Source of the DNA: an uncultured Solirubrobacterales bacterium
GTDB lineage: Bacteria > Actinomycetota > Thermoleophilia > Solirubrobacterales > 70-9
NCBI GenBank assembly: GCA_963815045.1
Contig: CAWFET010000001.1
Coordinates: 124,072-188,071, forward strand
Reading direction: 5' to 3'
Length of the DNA: 64,000 nt
The notes beneath the pieces are model-generated. The model had not been told where the DNA came from. It saw nothing but the letters and a program-made list of their open reading frames with translations, and did no database searches. This document shows, one piece after another, positions 44,632 to 54,193 of this stretch (positions within the stretch are counted from its first letter, which is position 1; every line of letters starts with the position of its first letter). The position numbers were made by a program, and so were the translations under genes.

Positions 44632-46188
44632 TCAGCCGTAGAACCGGGTGAGCGTCAGGAGCATCGCCGCCGCAGAGTGTGCGATGGCGAGGCAGACGAA
44701 GAGCACGCCGACGGCGGGGCCGTAGCGCCGGCCGGCGCCTCTGGCGGCGATTGCGATCAACGCGCCGTAGAGGGCCATCAGCGGGAAGAGGTAGCGGGGC
44801 TGCTCGTAGCCGGTGGCCCCACCGATTCGGGCGATGTAGCTCACCGCGCCGATCAGGACCAGGAGCCCCGCGATCAGCGTGAGATAGGTGATCAGCTCAC
44901 CCAGCCGCGAGCGGATCACGCCCCTGACCCGGTACAGCTCCCGGCCGGCGAGGACCAGGATCCCGATTGCGATCACCAGCGCCAGGTCGTAGACCCAGTT
45001 GGCGAACTTCGTGTCGAGCCAGCCGAACTCGCCGATGAATCCGTTGAACCAGATCTCGCGCAGCGGATAGAAGACGAACATCGAGTGCATCGAGGGCAGG
45101 CGGGGGAGATAGAACTGCCACATGTAGTTGAACGCGTCGGAGAGCGTCGCTGAGGCCGTCTCCGTCGCGCCCGGCACCGGGATGCCCGTCGGTCCCTGGA
45201 CACCCCCGTTGCCGAAGTAGAGGCCGCGGTCCCAGACGGTCGAGTTCAGGAGCATGTAGGCCCCGAGGGGCACGAGCACGACCGCGAGCGCCGCCAGCGC
45301 CCCGTCGAAGCTCTCCCAGCGGCGCTGCCGCACCTCGCGGCCGACCAGGAAGGCGAGCCCGACCGCGATGCCGGGTGCGAGGCCGATCATGTTCATCTTC
45401 GAGAGGATCCCGAGGGCGCTGAACGCGCCGATGGCGAGGCCGCGAGGAACCGTCAGCCCCCGCCGGAAGGCGAGCGCCAGCGTGTAGAAGACCCCCGCTG
45501 ACGCCAGGTATAGGACGGTGTCGCTCGTCACGCCGCTCGCCGTGAAGGCGAACATGGGCTGGAAGGCGACCGCCAGCGCGCCGACCGTCCACGCCCACGG
45601 AGTGCCGGGGAGGAGCTCCCTGAGGAAGAGGAAGATCAGGAGCACGGTGCAACCGGCGAGCAGTGCGGAGAAGAGCCGGAGGAAGTGCACCCGGTCGGGC
45701 AGAGCCGTCCAGGGAGAGAGGTGGTACACGCCGGCGGCCGTGAAGTAGTAGAGCGGCGGGTTGTTGGTGTCGGTCGTGTATCCGCCTCCGTTCGAGCGGT
45801 GGTAGCGGGTGCTGACGTCTCGCTGGAGGCGCTTCTGGTACGAGGCGGTCCCGGGCACCCGGACGTCCTTGCGCCGTTGAACGGCCTTCCAGCGGATCGC
45901 GTCGATCAGCCGGCGCTCCTCCTGCGAGAAGTGCTGGATGTTGAACTTCCCCGTCGGGGGCTTGCCCGTCTCGGCGATGCGCTGCACGTATGCGAAGTGG
46001 CCGGGCTCGTCGGGCACCTGGAACAGAGGCGTGATCACGCCCCAGGCGATCGCGTTCAGGACGGCGATGCCGAAGCACACCCAGGCCGCCGTCGGCAGGC
46101 GAAGACGCCGGCGCGGCGGATTCGATCCGGCGACCGGCCTGCGCTCGCGCGTCTCCTGCGTGCGGCGCAGCAGGTCCTTGGTCGCCAT
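44632..46188 (-). CDS. DUF2142-like polytopic membrane protein (possible GT-C glycosyltransferase)
   Basis: Internal ATG (ATGA overlap with the upstream gene). VPDEPGHFAYVQRIAETGKPP lies in the first loop, then NNPPLYYF and ~10 further TM helices, as in the DUF2142/ArnT-like proteins I recall. Confidence 0.6.
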   Translation of the reverse strand: MATKDLLRRTQETRERRPVAGSNPPRRRLRLPTAAWVCFGIAVLNAIAWGVITPLFQVPDEPGHFAYVQRIAETGKPPTGKFNIQHFSQEERRLIDAIRWKAVQRRKDVRVPGTASYQKRLQRDVSTRYHRSNGGGYTTDTNNPPLYYFTAAGVYHLSPWTALPDRVHFLRLFSALLAGCTVLLIFLFLRELLPGTPWAWTVGALAVAFQPMFAFTASGVTSDTVLYLASAGVFYTLALAFRRGLTVPRGLAIGAFSALGILSKMNMIGLAPGIAVGLAFLVGREVRQRRWESFDGALAALAVVLVPLGAYMLLNSTVWDRGLYFGNGGVQGPTGIPVPGATETASATLSDAFNYMWQFYLPRLPSMHSMFVFYPLREIWFNGFIGEFGWLDTKFANWVYDLALVIAIGILVLAGRELYRVRGVIRSRLGELITYLTLIAGLLVLIGAVSYIARIGGATGYEQPRYLFPLMALYGALIAIAARGAGRRYGPAVGVLFVCLAIAHSAAAMLLTLTRFYG

Positions 46189-46829
46189 CACGAGGACCGG
46201 CCCGGAAGGAAGACGACGGCAAAGATCGCGAGCCCGCCGGCGCAGATGGCGAGCAGGGCAGCGGCCCAGATGGACCACCCGCCCAGGGGGCCGGTCTGCG
46301 CGTTCGCGTAGCGGTCGGTGATCGCCCCGGTCTGGGAGACCCAGCTGGCCGAGCCGTGACGGAGGAAGATCACGCTCGCGAGGGGCCGCCTCTCACCGGT
46401 CTTCCCGCGCGCGCCGGGGAGCCGCTTCGGGGCGCCCGAGATGGCGATCCGCCCCTTGCCCGGGTTCGAGACGCAGAGTCGTGCTCGATGGGCGGCCGAC
46501 GTGTGCGGATGCAGCCGAATGCGGTTGATGACCGGGGTCACCTGCTCAGTCCCGCTCGAGACCACGCGACCCGAGTCGATGATCTCCAACCGCAGGCGTC
46601 GCGCTCCCTCGATCAGCCGGGTGACGATCATCTGCGCCCGGGTCGCGCCGGCGGGGACGCGGGAGATCCGCTGGCAGTGCTGGGCGTGAGGCCCGAGAAA
46701 CACGCTCGGGTAGACGGGCTCGACGGTGTTCGTCCCGGCCCTGACCGGGTTGGAGCCCAGGGCGAATGCGATTACCGCCGCCGCGATCAGGATCACTCCC
46801 GCGGCCCCGGCGACCAGGCGGCGCCTCAT
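46188..46829 (-). CDS. Hypothetical bitopic membrane protein
   Basis: 213 aa with N- and C-terminal hydrophobic helices. Translationally coupled between the GT2 and DUF2142-like genes. Confidence 0.5.
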   Translation of the reverse strand: MRRRLVAGAAGVILIAAAVIAFALGSNPVRAGTNTVEPVYPSVFLGPHAQHCQRISRVPAGATRAQMIVTRLIEGARRLRLEIIDSGRVVSSGTEQVTPVINRIRLHPHTSAAHRARLCVSNPGKGRIAISGAPKRLPGARGKTGERRPLASVIFLRHGSASWVSQTGAITDRYANAQTGPLGGWSIWAAALLAICAGGLAIFAVVFLPGRSS

Positions 46830-46832
46830 CGT

Positions 46833-48008
46833 CTACTCGGGTCGCCGCAGGCCAATTATCGAGAGCAGGAACGAGGTGAAGAACACCTGGGCACCGACCG
46901 TGACGAGGGTGGCCGCGAGGACGGCGAGCTGTCCCTCCGCGAGGCTGCCGAAGCCGTTGTCGATCCACATGCCGAGCAGGACACTGCCCGAGATGAGCCC
47001 CGCGAGCGCGATCCCTCCGCCGATCAGCAGCCCGTGCTCGAGCCTGTAGCGCTCCCGCATTCGCCCGAACCAGTCGTCCTGCTCCCCCATGAAGTAGACG
47101 CCGTACGCCCGCGCGCACAGTCCCAGCGCGAGCAGCTGCACCCCGAGGACGACGAGAAGCGAGCCCCCGATCTCCGCATGGATGCCCCAGTCCCGGCCGA
47201 GGATCGAGACGCCGGTCAGGACGATCGCCATGATCAGCGCCCCGGCGGCCACCATGACCGTGCCGGGGATCAGGAAGAGATGCCGGGGGCTGTGGATCAG
47301 CAGGAAGCGGAGATGCCGCCACCCGTCGCTCCAGGTCGAGAGCTTCGACTCGCCCTGGCGCGGGTGGTACTCGATCGGGAACTGGCGGATGTCGAGGCCG
47401 GCCTTGGCGGCCTTGATCACCATCTCCGAGGCGAGCTCCATCCCGGTGGTCCGCAGGTCGAGTCGCGGCAGGACATCGCGGCGCACCGCTCGCATCCCGC
47501 AGTGCGCGTCCTTCACGTCGGTGTCGAAGAGGCGATTGAGCAGCCCCGTCAGGACCGGGTTTCCGACGTGACGGTGCAGCCAGGGCATCGCGCCGGGCTG
47601 GATGCTCTGCATGCGGTCGCCCAGGACCATGTCGCCGCCGTCCTCGAGCGCGGCGACGAAGCGGGGCAGCTCGTTGGCGTCGTAGGTCATATCGGCGTCG
47701 AGCATCACGATGTAGCGGCCCCGCGCGGCGGCGAGGCCGGCGAGATAGGCGTTGCCGTAGCCGCGCTGCGGCTGGACCACGACTCGCGCGCCGGCGCCGG
47801 CGGCGAGGTCACCGCTGCCGTCGGTGGAGCCGTTGTCGACCACCAGGACCTCGCCCCGGTAGCCGCCCTCGTCGAGCGCCGTGCGCGCTGCCCGCACGCA
47901 CTCCTCGATCGACTCGGCCTCGTTCAGGCAGGGGATGACGACCGACACTTCAAGAGTCGAGGAATCCGCCTGCCGCTCGGCGATTTCAGGTACTGAGATG
48001 CCGCTCAT
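46833..48008 (-). CDS. GT2 polyprenyl-phosphate glycosyltransferase with C-terminal TM helices
   Basis: VSVVIPCLNEAESI...VLVVDNGSTDGS...RGYGNAYLAG...VMLDADMTY, then 4 TM helices. Confidence 0.85.
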   Translation of the reverse strand: MSGISVPEIAERQADSSTLEVSVVIPCLNEAESIEECVRAARTALDEGGYRGEVLVVDNGSTDGSGDLAAGAGARVVVQPQRGYGNAYLAGLAAARGRYIVMLDADMTYDANELPRFVAALEDGGDMVLGDRMQSIQPGAMPWLHRHVGNPVLTGLLNRLFDTDVKDAHCGMRAVRRDVLPRLDLRTTGMELASEMVIKAAKAGLDIRQFPIEYHPRQGESKLSTWSDGWRHLRFLLIHSPRHLFLIPGTVMVAAGALIMAIVLTGVSILGRDWGIHAEIGGSLLVVLGVQLLALGLCARAYGVYFMGEQDDWFGRMRERYRLEHGLLIGGGIALAGLISGSVLLGMWIDNGFGSLAEGQLAVLAATLVTVGAQVFFTSFLLSIIGLRRPE

Positions 48009-48068
48009 CGCTGCCTCCGCCGGGAGTCTAGGGCGCTGATTCGGCTATGGCACGGATAGATTGGCCCG

Positions 48069-49031
48069 ATGACCGACCGGTCGCCAAGCCACTGCAAGCT
48101 CTGCGAGCTCGAGGACTTCGCCGACCCCGAGCTACGGGAGCTGATTCGCGACGTCTACTCCTCGGATCGCGAGCACTTCGGCGATCCGGAGTTCCCGTCG
48201 GGGCGCGAATACCGCAAGTACTGGGAGGTCGCCATGACCCTCCGGGCGTTCCGCTCGCTCGGTGTGCTCCGCGATGACGCCAGGGTTCTCGGCGTCGGCG
48301 CCGGCCGCGAGGCGACGGTCTACTGGCTCACCCGGCACGTCGGCGAGGTCGTCGCAACCGACCTCTACCGGACCGAGGACAACTGGTCCGGCAGCGACTC
48401 GAGCGCCGACATGCTCACGGACCCCGGGCGCTACTGGGACGAGGAGTGGAATCCGGAGCGCCTCACCGTCAAGCACATGGACGCGCTCGACCTCTCCTTC
48501 GAGGACGAGTCATTCGACGCGATCTTCTCGTCGAGCTCGATTGAGCACTTCGGCGACTTCCCGGATGTCCGCCGCGCCGTGGAGGAGATGCACCGCGTCC
48601 TGCGGCCGGGCGGGATCCTCGCGCTGGCGACCGAGTTCCGGCTCGAGGGCGATCACATCGGCTATCCGGGATTGCTTCGCTTCGACGAGCCGGAGCTGCG
48701 CGCGCTGCTGCTCGACGGTCTCTGGTGGGATCCCGCCACGCCGATGAGCCTGCGGATCTCCGACGAGACGCGGGCGATGGCCGTCGAGATGAGCGATGCG
48801 ATCGCGGATCAGGAGGCGGGCATCCGGGGCTGGAGCCGCTATCCGCACCTGGTCCTCCGGCACGAGCAGTTCCTCTGGACCAGCGTCCACGTCGCCCTGG
48901 TCAAATCCGGGCTGAGCTCGGCGGAGTGGCGGCAGCGCTCGCCGGAGCTGCCGCCGACGGTCTCGGTGGGCGAGAAGATGAAGAGGCGGGCGTATCCGCT
49001 GGTGGAGAGAGCCCGGAGGCTTCGCCGTTAG
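48069..49031 (+). CDS. Class I SAM-dependent methyltransferase
   Basis: RVLGVGAGREATVYWL...FDAIFSSSSIEHFGD...LRPGGILALATE. Confidence 0.8.
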   Translation: MTDRSPSHCKLCELEDFADPELRELIRDVYSSDREHFGDPEFPSGREYRKYWEVAMTLRAFRSLGVLRDDARVLGVGAGREATVYWLTRHVGEVVATDLYRTEDNWSGSDSSADMLTDPGRYWDEEWNPERLTVKHMDALDLSFEDESFDAIFSSSSIEHFGDFPDVRRAVEEMHRVLRPGGILALATEFRLEGDHIGYPGLLRFDEPELRALLLDGLWWDPATPMSLRISDETRAMAVEMSDAIADQEAGIRGWSRYPHLVLRHEQFLWTSVHVALVKSGLSSAEWRQRSPELPPTVSVGEKMKRRAYPLVERARRLRR

Positions 49032-49035
49032 CGCG

Positions 49036-49437
49036 ATGTCGGACGAAAACCTCAGGTTCGTGCTCGACGGCTATGCCCGCTTCAACGCCGGGGAGAAGGT
49101 GGCGGAGCTGTGGTTCTTCACTCCCGATGCCGAGTACCACGCCGCCCGCGAGGATCCGGACGCCGCCGTCCATCGCGGAATCGACGCGGTCAGGCGACAG
49201 TACGCCCGTTGGGTCGACGCGTATCCGGATCTCACCGTCGAGCCGCTGGAGGCGAAGGGAAACGGCGACAAGGTGTTCCTCTGGGTGCGCTTCAGCGGCC
49301 ATGGAGAGGAGAGTCGGGCTCCGGCGGAGATGGAGCTGGCGCACGTGATCACGATGCGGGATGGCAGGGCCGCCCGCGTCGAGGAGTACTTCGATAGGGC
49401 CGAGGCCCTGGAAGCTGCCGGCCTCGGATCAGGCTGA
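49036..49437 (+). CDS. SnoaL/NTF2-like fold protein
   Basis: 133 aa: LRFVLDGYARFNAGE...GDKVFLWVRFSGHG...HVITMRDGRAARVEEYFD. Confidence 0.65.
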   Translation: MSDENLRFVLDGYARFNAGEKVAELWFFTPDAEYHAAREDPDAAVHRGIDAVRRQYARWVDAYPDLTVEPLEAKGNGDKVFLWVRFSGHGEESRAPAEMELAHVITMRDGRAARVEEYFDRAEALEAAGLGSG

Positions 49438-50394
49438 GGCGCCGAGCGCGTCCAGCTCTGCCCTGACCATCAGCTCGACCACCTCCTCGAAGGAGACCTT
49501 GGCCTCCCAGCCGAGCACCTCCCTCGCCTTGGTCGGGTCGGCGACGACCTCCTCGATGTCCGCCGGCCGGACGAGGTCCTGGTCGATTCGCACGTGGTCC
49601 TCGCGCCGCAGGTCGACGCAGGCGAACGCCGCCTCGACGAAGTCATCGACCGAGTGGGCGGTGCCGGTCCCGATCACGAAGTCCGTGGGCTGCTCCTGCT
49701 GGAGCATCAGCCACATCGCCTCGACGTACTCTTTGGCGTAGCCCCAGTCGCGGCGCGCCTCGAGATTGCCGAGGACGAGCTCGTCCGCGAGCCCGAGCTT
49801 GATCCGCGCGACGCCCTGGCTGATCCGGCGGGTGACGAAGGACTCGCCCCGCCGGGGGCTCTCGTGGTTGAAGAGGATCCCGGAGCTCGTGTAGAGCCCG
49901 AAGCTCTCGCGGTAGTTGATGGTGATGAAGTGGCCGTACACCTTGGCGACCCCGTACGGGCTGCGGGGGTAGAACGGCGTGCTCTCGCTCTGCGGGGTCT
50001 CGCGGGCGCGGCCGAACATCTCCGAGGAGGAGGCCTGGTAGAAGCGCGCCTCCGGGCAGACCTCGCGGATGCCCTCGAGCAGCCTGGTCACCCCGACCGC
50101 GGTGTACTCGGCGGTCGCGACGGCCAGCCGCCACGACTCCGCCACCGAGGACATGGCGGCCAGGTTGTAGACCTCGTCCGGCTGCGATTGCCGCAGCACG
50201 TCGACGAGGGAGGACTCGTCGAGGAGATCGCCGGAGTGGAGGCTGAGCCGCTCGACGATCGCCTCGAGCCGCTCGAAGCGGCGGTCGGTGGAGCCATGGA
50301 CAAGGCCGTGAACCTCGTAGCCCTTCTCGAGCAGCAGCTCCGCCAGGTAGCTCCCGTCCTGCCCGCTGATGCCCGTGATCAGCGCGCGCTTCAC
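49429..50394 (-). CDS. gmd: GDP-mannose 4,6-dehydratase (short form, second copy)
   Basis: GTG at 50394 (GTGA overlap with the upstream GT4 stop): [32 protein letters not shown]...YGVAKVYGH...[18 protein letters not shown]. It lacks the SSSFNTxRIDHLY insert of the first copy. Confidence 0.9.
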   Translation of the reverse strand: MKRALITGISGQDGSYLAELLLEKGYEVHGLVHGSTDRRFERLEAIVERLSLHSGDLLDESSLVDVLRQSQPDEVYNLAAMSSVAESWRLAVATAEYTAVGVTRLLEGIREVCPEARFYQASSSEMFGRARETPQSESTPFYPRSPYGVAKVYGHFITINYRESFGLYTSSGILFNHESPRRGESFVTRRISQGVARIKLGLADELVLGNLEARRDWGYAKEYVEAMWLMLQQEQPTDFVIGTGTAHSVDDFVEAAFACVDLRREDHVRIDQDLVRPADIEEVVADPTKAREVLGWEAKVSFEEVVELMVRAELDALGASA

Positions 50395-51584
50395 GGGACC
50401 GCGAGCTCCACGCGCTCGAAGGGCATCTCGAGCGCCCGCTCGTAGCCGTCGAGCGTCCGCTCCGCCACCCGCTTCCAGGTGTGGAGGGCGACCCGCCGGC
50501 GGGAGCGCTCGCGCAGGGCGTCGAGCTTCCCGGGCGTCTGGAGTGCGTCGAGGATGCAGCGGGCGATGTCGCCCGGGTCGGTCGGATCGAAGGTCGCGTC
50601 GAGGTCGCCGAGGAGCTCCGGCATCGCGGAGGTGTTGCTCGACGCGACCGGGGCGTCGCAGGTCATCGCCTCGAGGATGGGCAGGCCCGCGCCCTCGTAC
50701 AGGGAGGGGAAGACGAAGAGCTCGCAGCTGCGGTAGAGCGCGGCCAGGACGCGATCGGAGACGAAGCCGGTGAGCAGCAGGTTGCGGGACTCGATGCCGA
50801 GGCGGCGGGCGAAGATCCGCAGGGTGAAGCGCAGGTGGTGGGCGAGCTTGCAGGCGATGACGAGCTGGTGGGCGTCGCGCACCTCCTGGGGCAGCTCGGC
50901 GTAGCCGCGGATGGCGCCCTCGAGGTTCTTGCGGTAATCGACGCCGCCGACGTAGAGCAGGAAGCCGGGGCGGACCTTCGGCAGCTCCGCACGCAGGATC
51001 GAGTCCGCGTCCCCGCGCGTGGCGACCAGTGAAGAGAACCGGTCCGAGACGCCCGAGTCGATCACCGTGATCCGCTCCTCCGGCACGTTCAGGTGCTCCA
51101 TCGCGTCGTCGGCCGTCTGCTGGGAGATGGTCAGGATCTGCTGCGCGGAGCCGAGCAGGCCCAGGCGCGCGATCCAGGCCGTCGCCATGTACCCCCAATC
51201 CGCGTTGTAGCGCTCCCGCATGATCAGCGGGATCAGGTCGTACAGGGTGATCACGAGGCGCGAATCGCGGCTCCAGCGCGGCCAGATCTCCTCGAGGTCG
51301 AGCTCGGCCTCGAACGGCGACATCACGTGGTAGAGCGGCGGAACGCCGCCGGCGGGCCCGCGGTCGCGCGTCTGCCAGGCCGACTTGCCGGAGTCGCGGA
51401 GCGGCTCGGCCGTCGGGGGCACCGGCACGTCGGGGCTGAGCCCGATCCCGCCGATGGTCTCGGGAGCGAGCTCCAGCAGGGCCCGGGCGTGCTCGGTCAC
51501 ATAGCGGGCGATGCCGCGCTCGGCGTGGCCGACGCTCTGGGTCCCGCGAGCGTCGAGCCAGACGGACCCCGGATCGAGCTTCAT
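50391..51584 (-). CDS. Glycosyltransferase family 4 (mannosyltransferase-like)
   Basis: PSLYEGAGLPILEAMTCDAPV; 397 aa GT-B layout. Confidence 0.8.
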   Translation of the reverse strand: MKLDPGSVWLDARGTQSVGHAERGIARYVTEHARALLELAPETIGGIGLSPDVPVPPTAEPLRDSGKSAWQTRDRGPAGGVPPLYHVMSPFEAELDLEEIWPRWSRDSRLVITLYDLIPLIMRERYNADWGYMATAWIARLGLLGSAQQILTISQQTADDAMEHLNVPEERITVIDSGVSDRFSSLVATRGDADSILRAELPKVRPGFLLYVGGVDYRKNLEGAIRGYAELPQEVRDAHQLVIACKLAHHLRFTLRIFARRLGIESRNLLLTGFVSDRVLAALYRSCELFVFPSLYEGAGLPILEAMTCDAPVASSNTSAMPELLGDLDATFDPTDPGDIARCILDALQTPGKLDALRERSRRRVALHTWKRVAERTLDGYERALEMPFERVELAVP

Positions 51585-51585
51585 G

Positions 51586-51909
51586 TCAGCCGGCGTGGGG
51601 ACGGGCCTCGAGGGGCTCGTCGTCCTCGTCGCCGGAGCGCTCGCGGCGCTCGATCAGCTCGCGCAGGGCGACGAGCTCGCGCTCGATCGCGGCCAGGCGC
51701 GCGTCGAGCGCGCGGACCTCCCCACCCAGGTGCGTCATCGCCTCGACCGAGGCCGACCCGAGCCGCTCGGTCTGCTGGTCGATGTGCTGCAGGCGGTCCC
51801 GGAAGACGACCTGGTTGAACGTGCTGAGCATCCGGCGCAGAGCAGAGAGCAGCCCCACCAGCGCGCGCTGGAGCACGGAGACTGCGCCCTTGTCGGATCC
51901 GGTGTCCAT
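51586..51909 (-). CDS. Hypothetical coiled-coil protein
   Basis: Internal ATG of ORF 51586..52116: MDTGSDKGAVSVLQRALVGLLSALRRMLS...LDARLAAIERELVALRELIERRE, with heptad-like periodicity. The upstream part of the ORF overlaps the GT4 gene 3' end. Confidence 0.45.
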   Translation of the reverse strand: MDTGSDKGAVSVLQRALVGLLSALRRMLSTFNQVVFRDRLQHIDQQTERLGSASVEAMTHLGGEVRALDARLAAIERELVALRELIERRERSGDEDDEPLEARPHAG

Positions 51910-51928
51910 GTCGCGAAAAGGCCTGCGT

Positions 51929-53161
51929 TCAGGCGGGAGGCGGAGCCGCCAGAAGGATACGGTCTTCCTCTGCAAGGCTCCGCCCGCCGATCCGGCGGTA
52001 GTGGGCGCGGAAGAGGCGCGCGGTCTTCTCCCAGCTGAAGAGCTCGTCGCGCTGACGGCCTCGGTTGGCCAGATCCCGCCGCAGGGCCTCGTCGGTCCAG
52101 ATCCGCTGCGTCGCATCCGCGATCTGCTCAGTGCTCTCCGGGTCGAAGATCAGACCGGCGTCGCCGACCAGGTCGGGCAGGCCGGTGGCCGACGAGGAGG
52201 CGACCGGAAGTCCGGCCGAGAAGGCCTCGCAGACCGGGAGCCCCCAGCCCTCGAAGCGGCTGGGGAACACGAGTGCCGTGGCGAGCTGGTAGAGGGCGCG
52301 GAGCTCCTTCGTGCTGACGAACCCGGGGAAGATCGCCGCGGTCTCGAGGCCGAGGTCGCGGGCGCGGGCCTGGACCCGATCAAACTCGCGAGCCGCGCCC
52401 CCCGAGCAGACCAATGGGATCGCTTCGCCCGTCCGCTCACGGATCAATGCGAGCGCCTCGAGCAGCGCCTCATGGTTCTTGTGCGGCCAGGGCTTCGCCG
52501 GGTAGAGCAGGAAGTCGGGCGGCAGCTCGAGCCGCCCGCGGATCTCCTCCAGGTCCTCGGCGCTGGGCGCCGGGTACTCCGGCAGGACCGACGCTCCCGG
52601 CACGACCCAGACCTTCTCCTCCGGCAGGTCGTAGCTCTCGATGAAGTCGCGGCGGCCCCAGGAGGTCATCGCCACGACCGCCTTCGCGCGTTCGCAGTGG
52701 GTGCGGTAGATCATCTCCCTCCGCTCGTAGGCCCAGTGCGAGAAGTTCTCGGGCAGGTGGACGTGCTGGAGGTCATGCGGTTGGTAGAGGCTCGGCACGT
52801 CGGTGGCGAAGGCGTCCTGAAAGGGGAAGTGGATGACGTCGATGCCCTCCTCCTCGACGGTCCCGTCGGAGTCGCGAACCGAGTGACGGGCCCCGATCAC
52901 GGGTTGGCGCTCCCGCAGGGCCTGCCTGACGGCGCGCGCCTTCCGCCGCGTATATCCGAGCCGGGGGTGAAGCGGGCGGCACGGACCCTCCATGTACGGG
53001 AGCAGCCATTGCTCGTGCTCGGGGTAGGTCAGGAAGAGGAACTCCTCGTCGCCGTCGGGGAGCCTTGACAGGCCGGAGGCGACGCCGATCACGACCTGCT
53101 CCACACCGCCGAATCTCCCGGTGTCGATGCGGGCATCGATGCAGACTCGCAGCGCGCTCAT
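51929..53161 (-). CDS. Glycosyltransferase family 4
   Basis: MSALRVCIDARIDTGRFGGVEQVV...PSRFEGWGLPVCEAFSAGLPV. Confidence 0.85.
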   Translation of the reverse strand: MSALRVCIDARIDTGRFGGVEQVVIGVASGLSRLPDGDEEFLFLTYPEHEQWLLPYMEGPCRPLHPRLGYTRRKARAVRQALRERQPVIGARHSVRDSDGTVEEEGIDVIHFPFQDAFATDVPSLYQPHDLQHVHLPENFSHWAYERREMIYRTHCERAKAVVAMTSWGRRDFIESYDLPEEKVWVVPGASVLPEYPAPSAEDLEEIRGRLELPPDFLLYPAKPWPHKNHEALLEALALIRERTGEAIPLVCSGGAAREFDRVQARARDLGLETAAIFPGFVSTKELRALYQLATALVFPSRFEGWGLPVCEAFSAGLPVASSSATGLPDLVGDAGLIFDPESTEQIADATQRIWTDEALRRDLANRGRQRDELFSWEKTARLFRAHYRRIGGRSLAEEDRILLAAPPPA

Positions 53162-53188
53162 CCGCGCCCCGCTATACACGCCGACGAC

Positions 53189-54193
53189 ATGGCCGCCTCC
53201 GAGCCGAAGGTCTCGATCGTGATCCCGAACCGCGACGGCGCGACGCCGCGCGAAGGGCTGACGTTCCTCGACATGGTCCGGGACACCCTGGCCGAGCAGA
53301 GTTTCCGCGACTTCGAGGTGATCGTCGTGGACAACGGCTCCTCCGACGGCTCGGTCACCCAGCTGCGGGAGCGCTGGCCCGACGCCACCCTCATCGAGCT
53401 CGGCGAGAACCGCGGCTTCTCGGGCGCCGTCAACCCCGGCATCTCCGCAGCCAGGGGTCCGTACGTGGCTCTGCTCAACACCGACATCGAGCTCTCACCG
53501 GACTGGCTCGATCTGCTGGTCTCCGAGCTCGACCGCGACCCGCGACTCGGTTTCGTCACGGGCAAGATCATGCGGTTCGACGATCGGGATGTGATCGAGC
53601 AGGCGGGACATGACTTCTACACGTGCGGCCGGTTCGAGCCCCGCGGGCTCGACGAGCGCGATGAGGGACAGTACGACGAACGGCGGGCGACGCCGGTCGT
53701 CTCGGCCGCCGCGGCGCTCTACCGCCGGGCGGCACTGGAGGAGGCCGGCCGGTTCGACGAGGACTACTTCCTCTACTGCGAGGACGGAGACGTGTGCCTG
53801 AGGATGCTGCTGCTCGGCTACTCGGGCCTCTATGTGCCCGAACCGAAGGCGTTCCACGTCCGGGGCGGGACCGTCGGGCCGGCGACCGACCTGCCGCGCT
53901 TCTATCTGGTGCGGAACGGCCTGATCACGCTGCTCAAGGACATGCCGGCCTCGGTGCTGCTGCGGGCGATGCCGAAGATCGCTCTCTACAACTGGGGAGC
54001 GCTGATGGCCGGGCGACGGGAGGGCTACGCCCGCCGGGTCCTGAGCGCCTTCGCCTCGTTCGTGCGGATGATCCCCGGGACCCTGCGAAAGCGGCGGCGG
54101 GTCCAGCGCGGCAGGGCCGTGGCCCCGCCGGCCTTCTCGGAGCAACTGAGCACGGGCTATCCGTTTCCGAGCCGGATCGGGCGGCTGCTCTGA
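53189..54193 (+). CDS. Glycosyltransferase family 2 (rhamnosyltransferase-like)
   Basis: KVSIVIPNRDG...VIVVDNGSSDGS...NRGFSGAVN...CEDGDVCLR. Confidence 0.85.
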   Translation: MAASEPKVSIVIPNRDGATPREGLTFLDMVRDTLAEQSFRDFEVIVVDNGSSDGSVTQLRERWPDATLIELGENRGFSGAVNPGISAARGPYVALLNTDIELSPDWLDLLVSELDRDPRLGFVTGKIMRFDDRDVIEQAGHDFYTCGRFEPRGLDERDEGQYDERRATPVVSAAAALYRRAALEEAGRFDEDYFLYCEDGDVCLRMLLLGYSGLYVPEPKAFHVRGGTVGPATDLPRFYLVRNGLITLLKDMPASVLLRAMPKIALYNWGALMAGRREGYARRVLSAFASFVRMIPGTLRKRRRVQRGRAVAPPAFSEQLSTGYPFPSRIGRLL

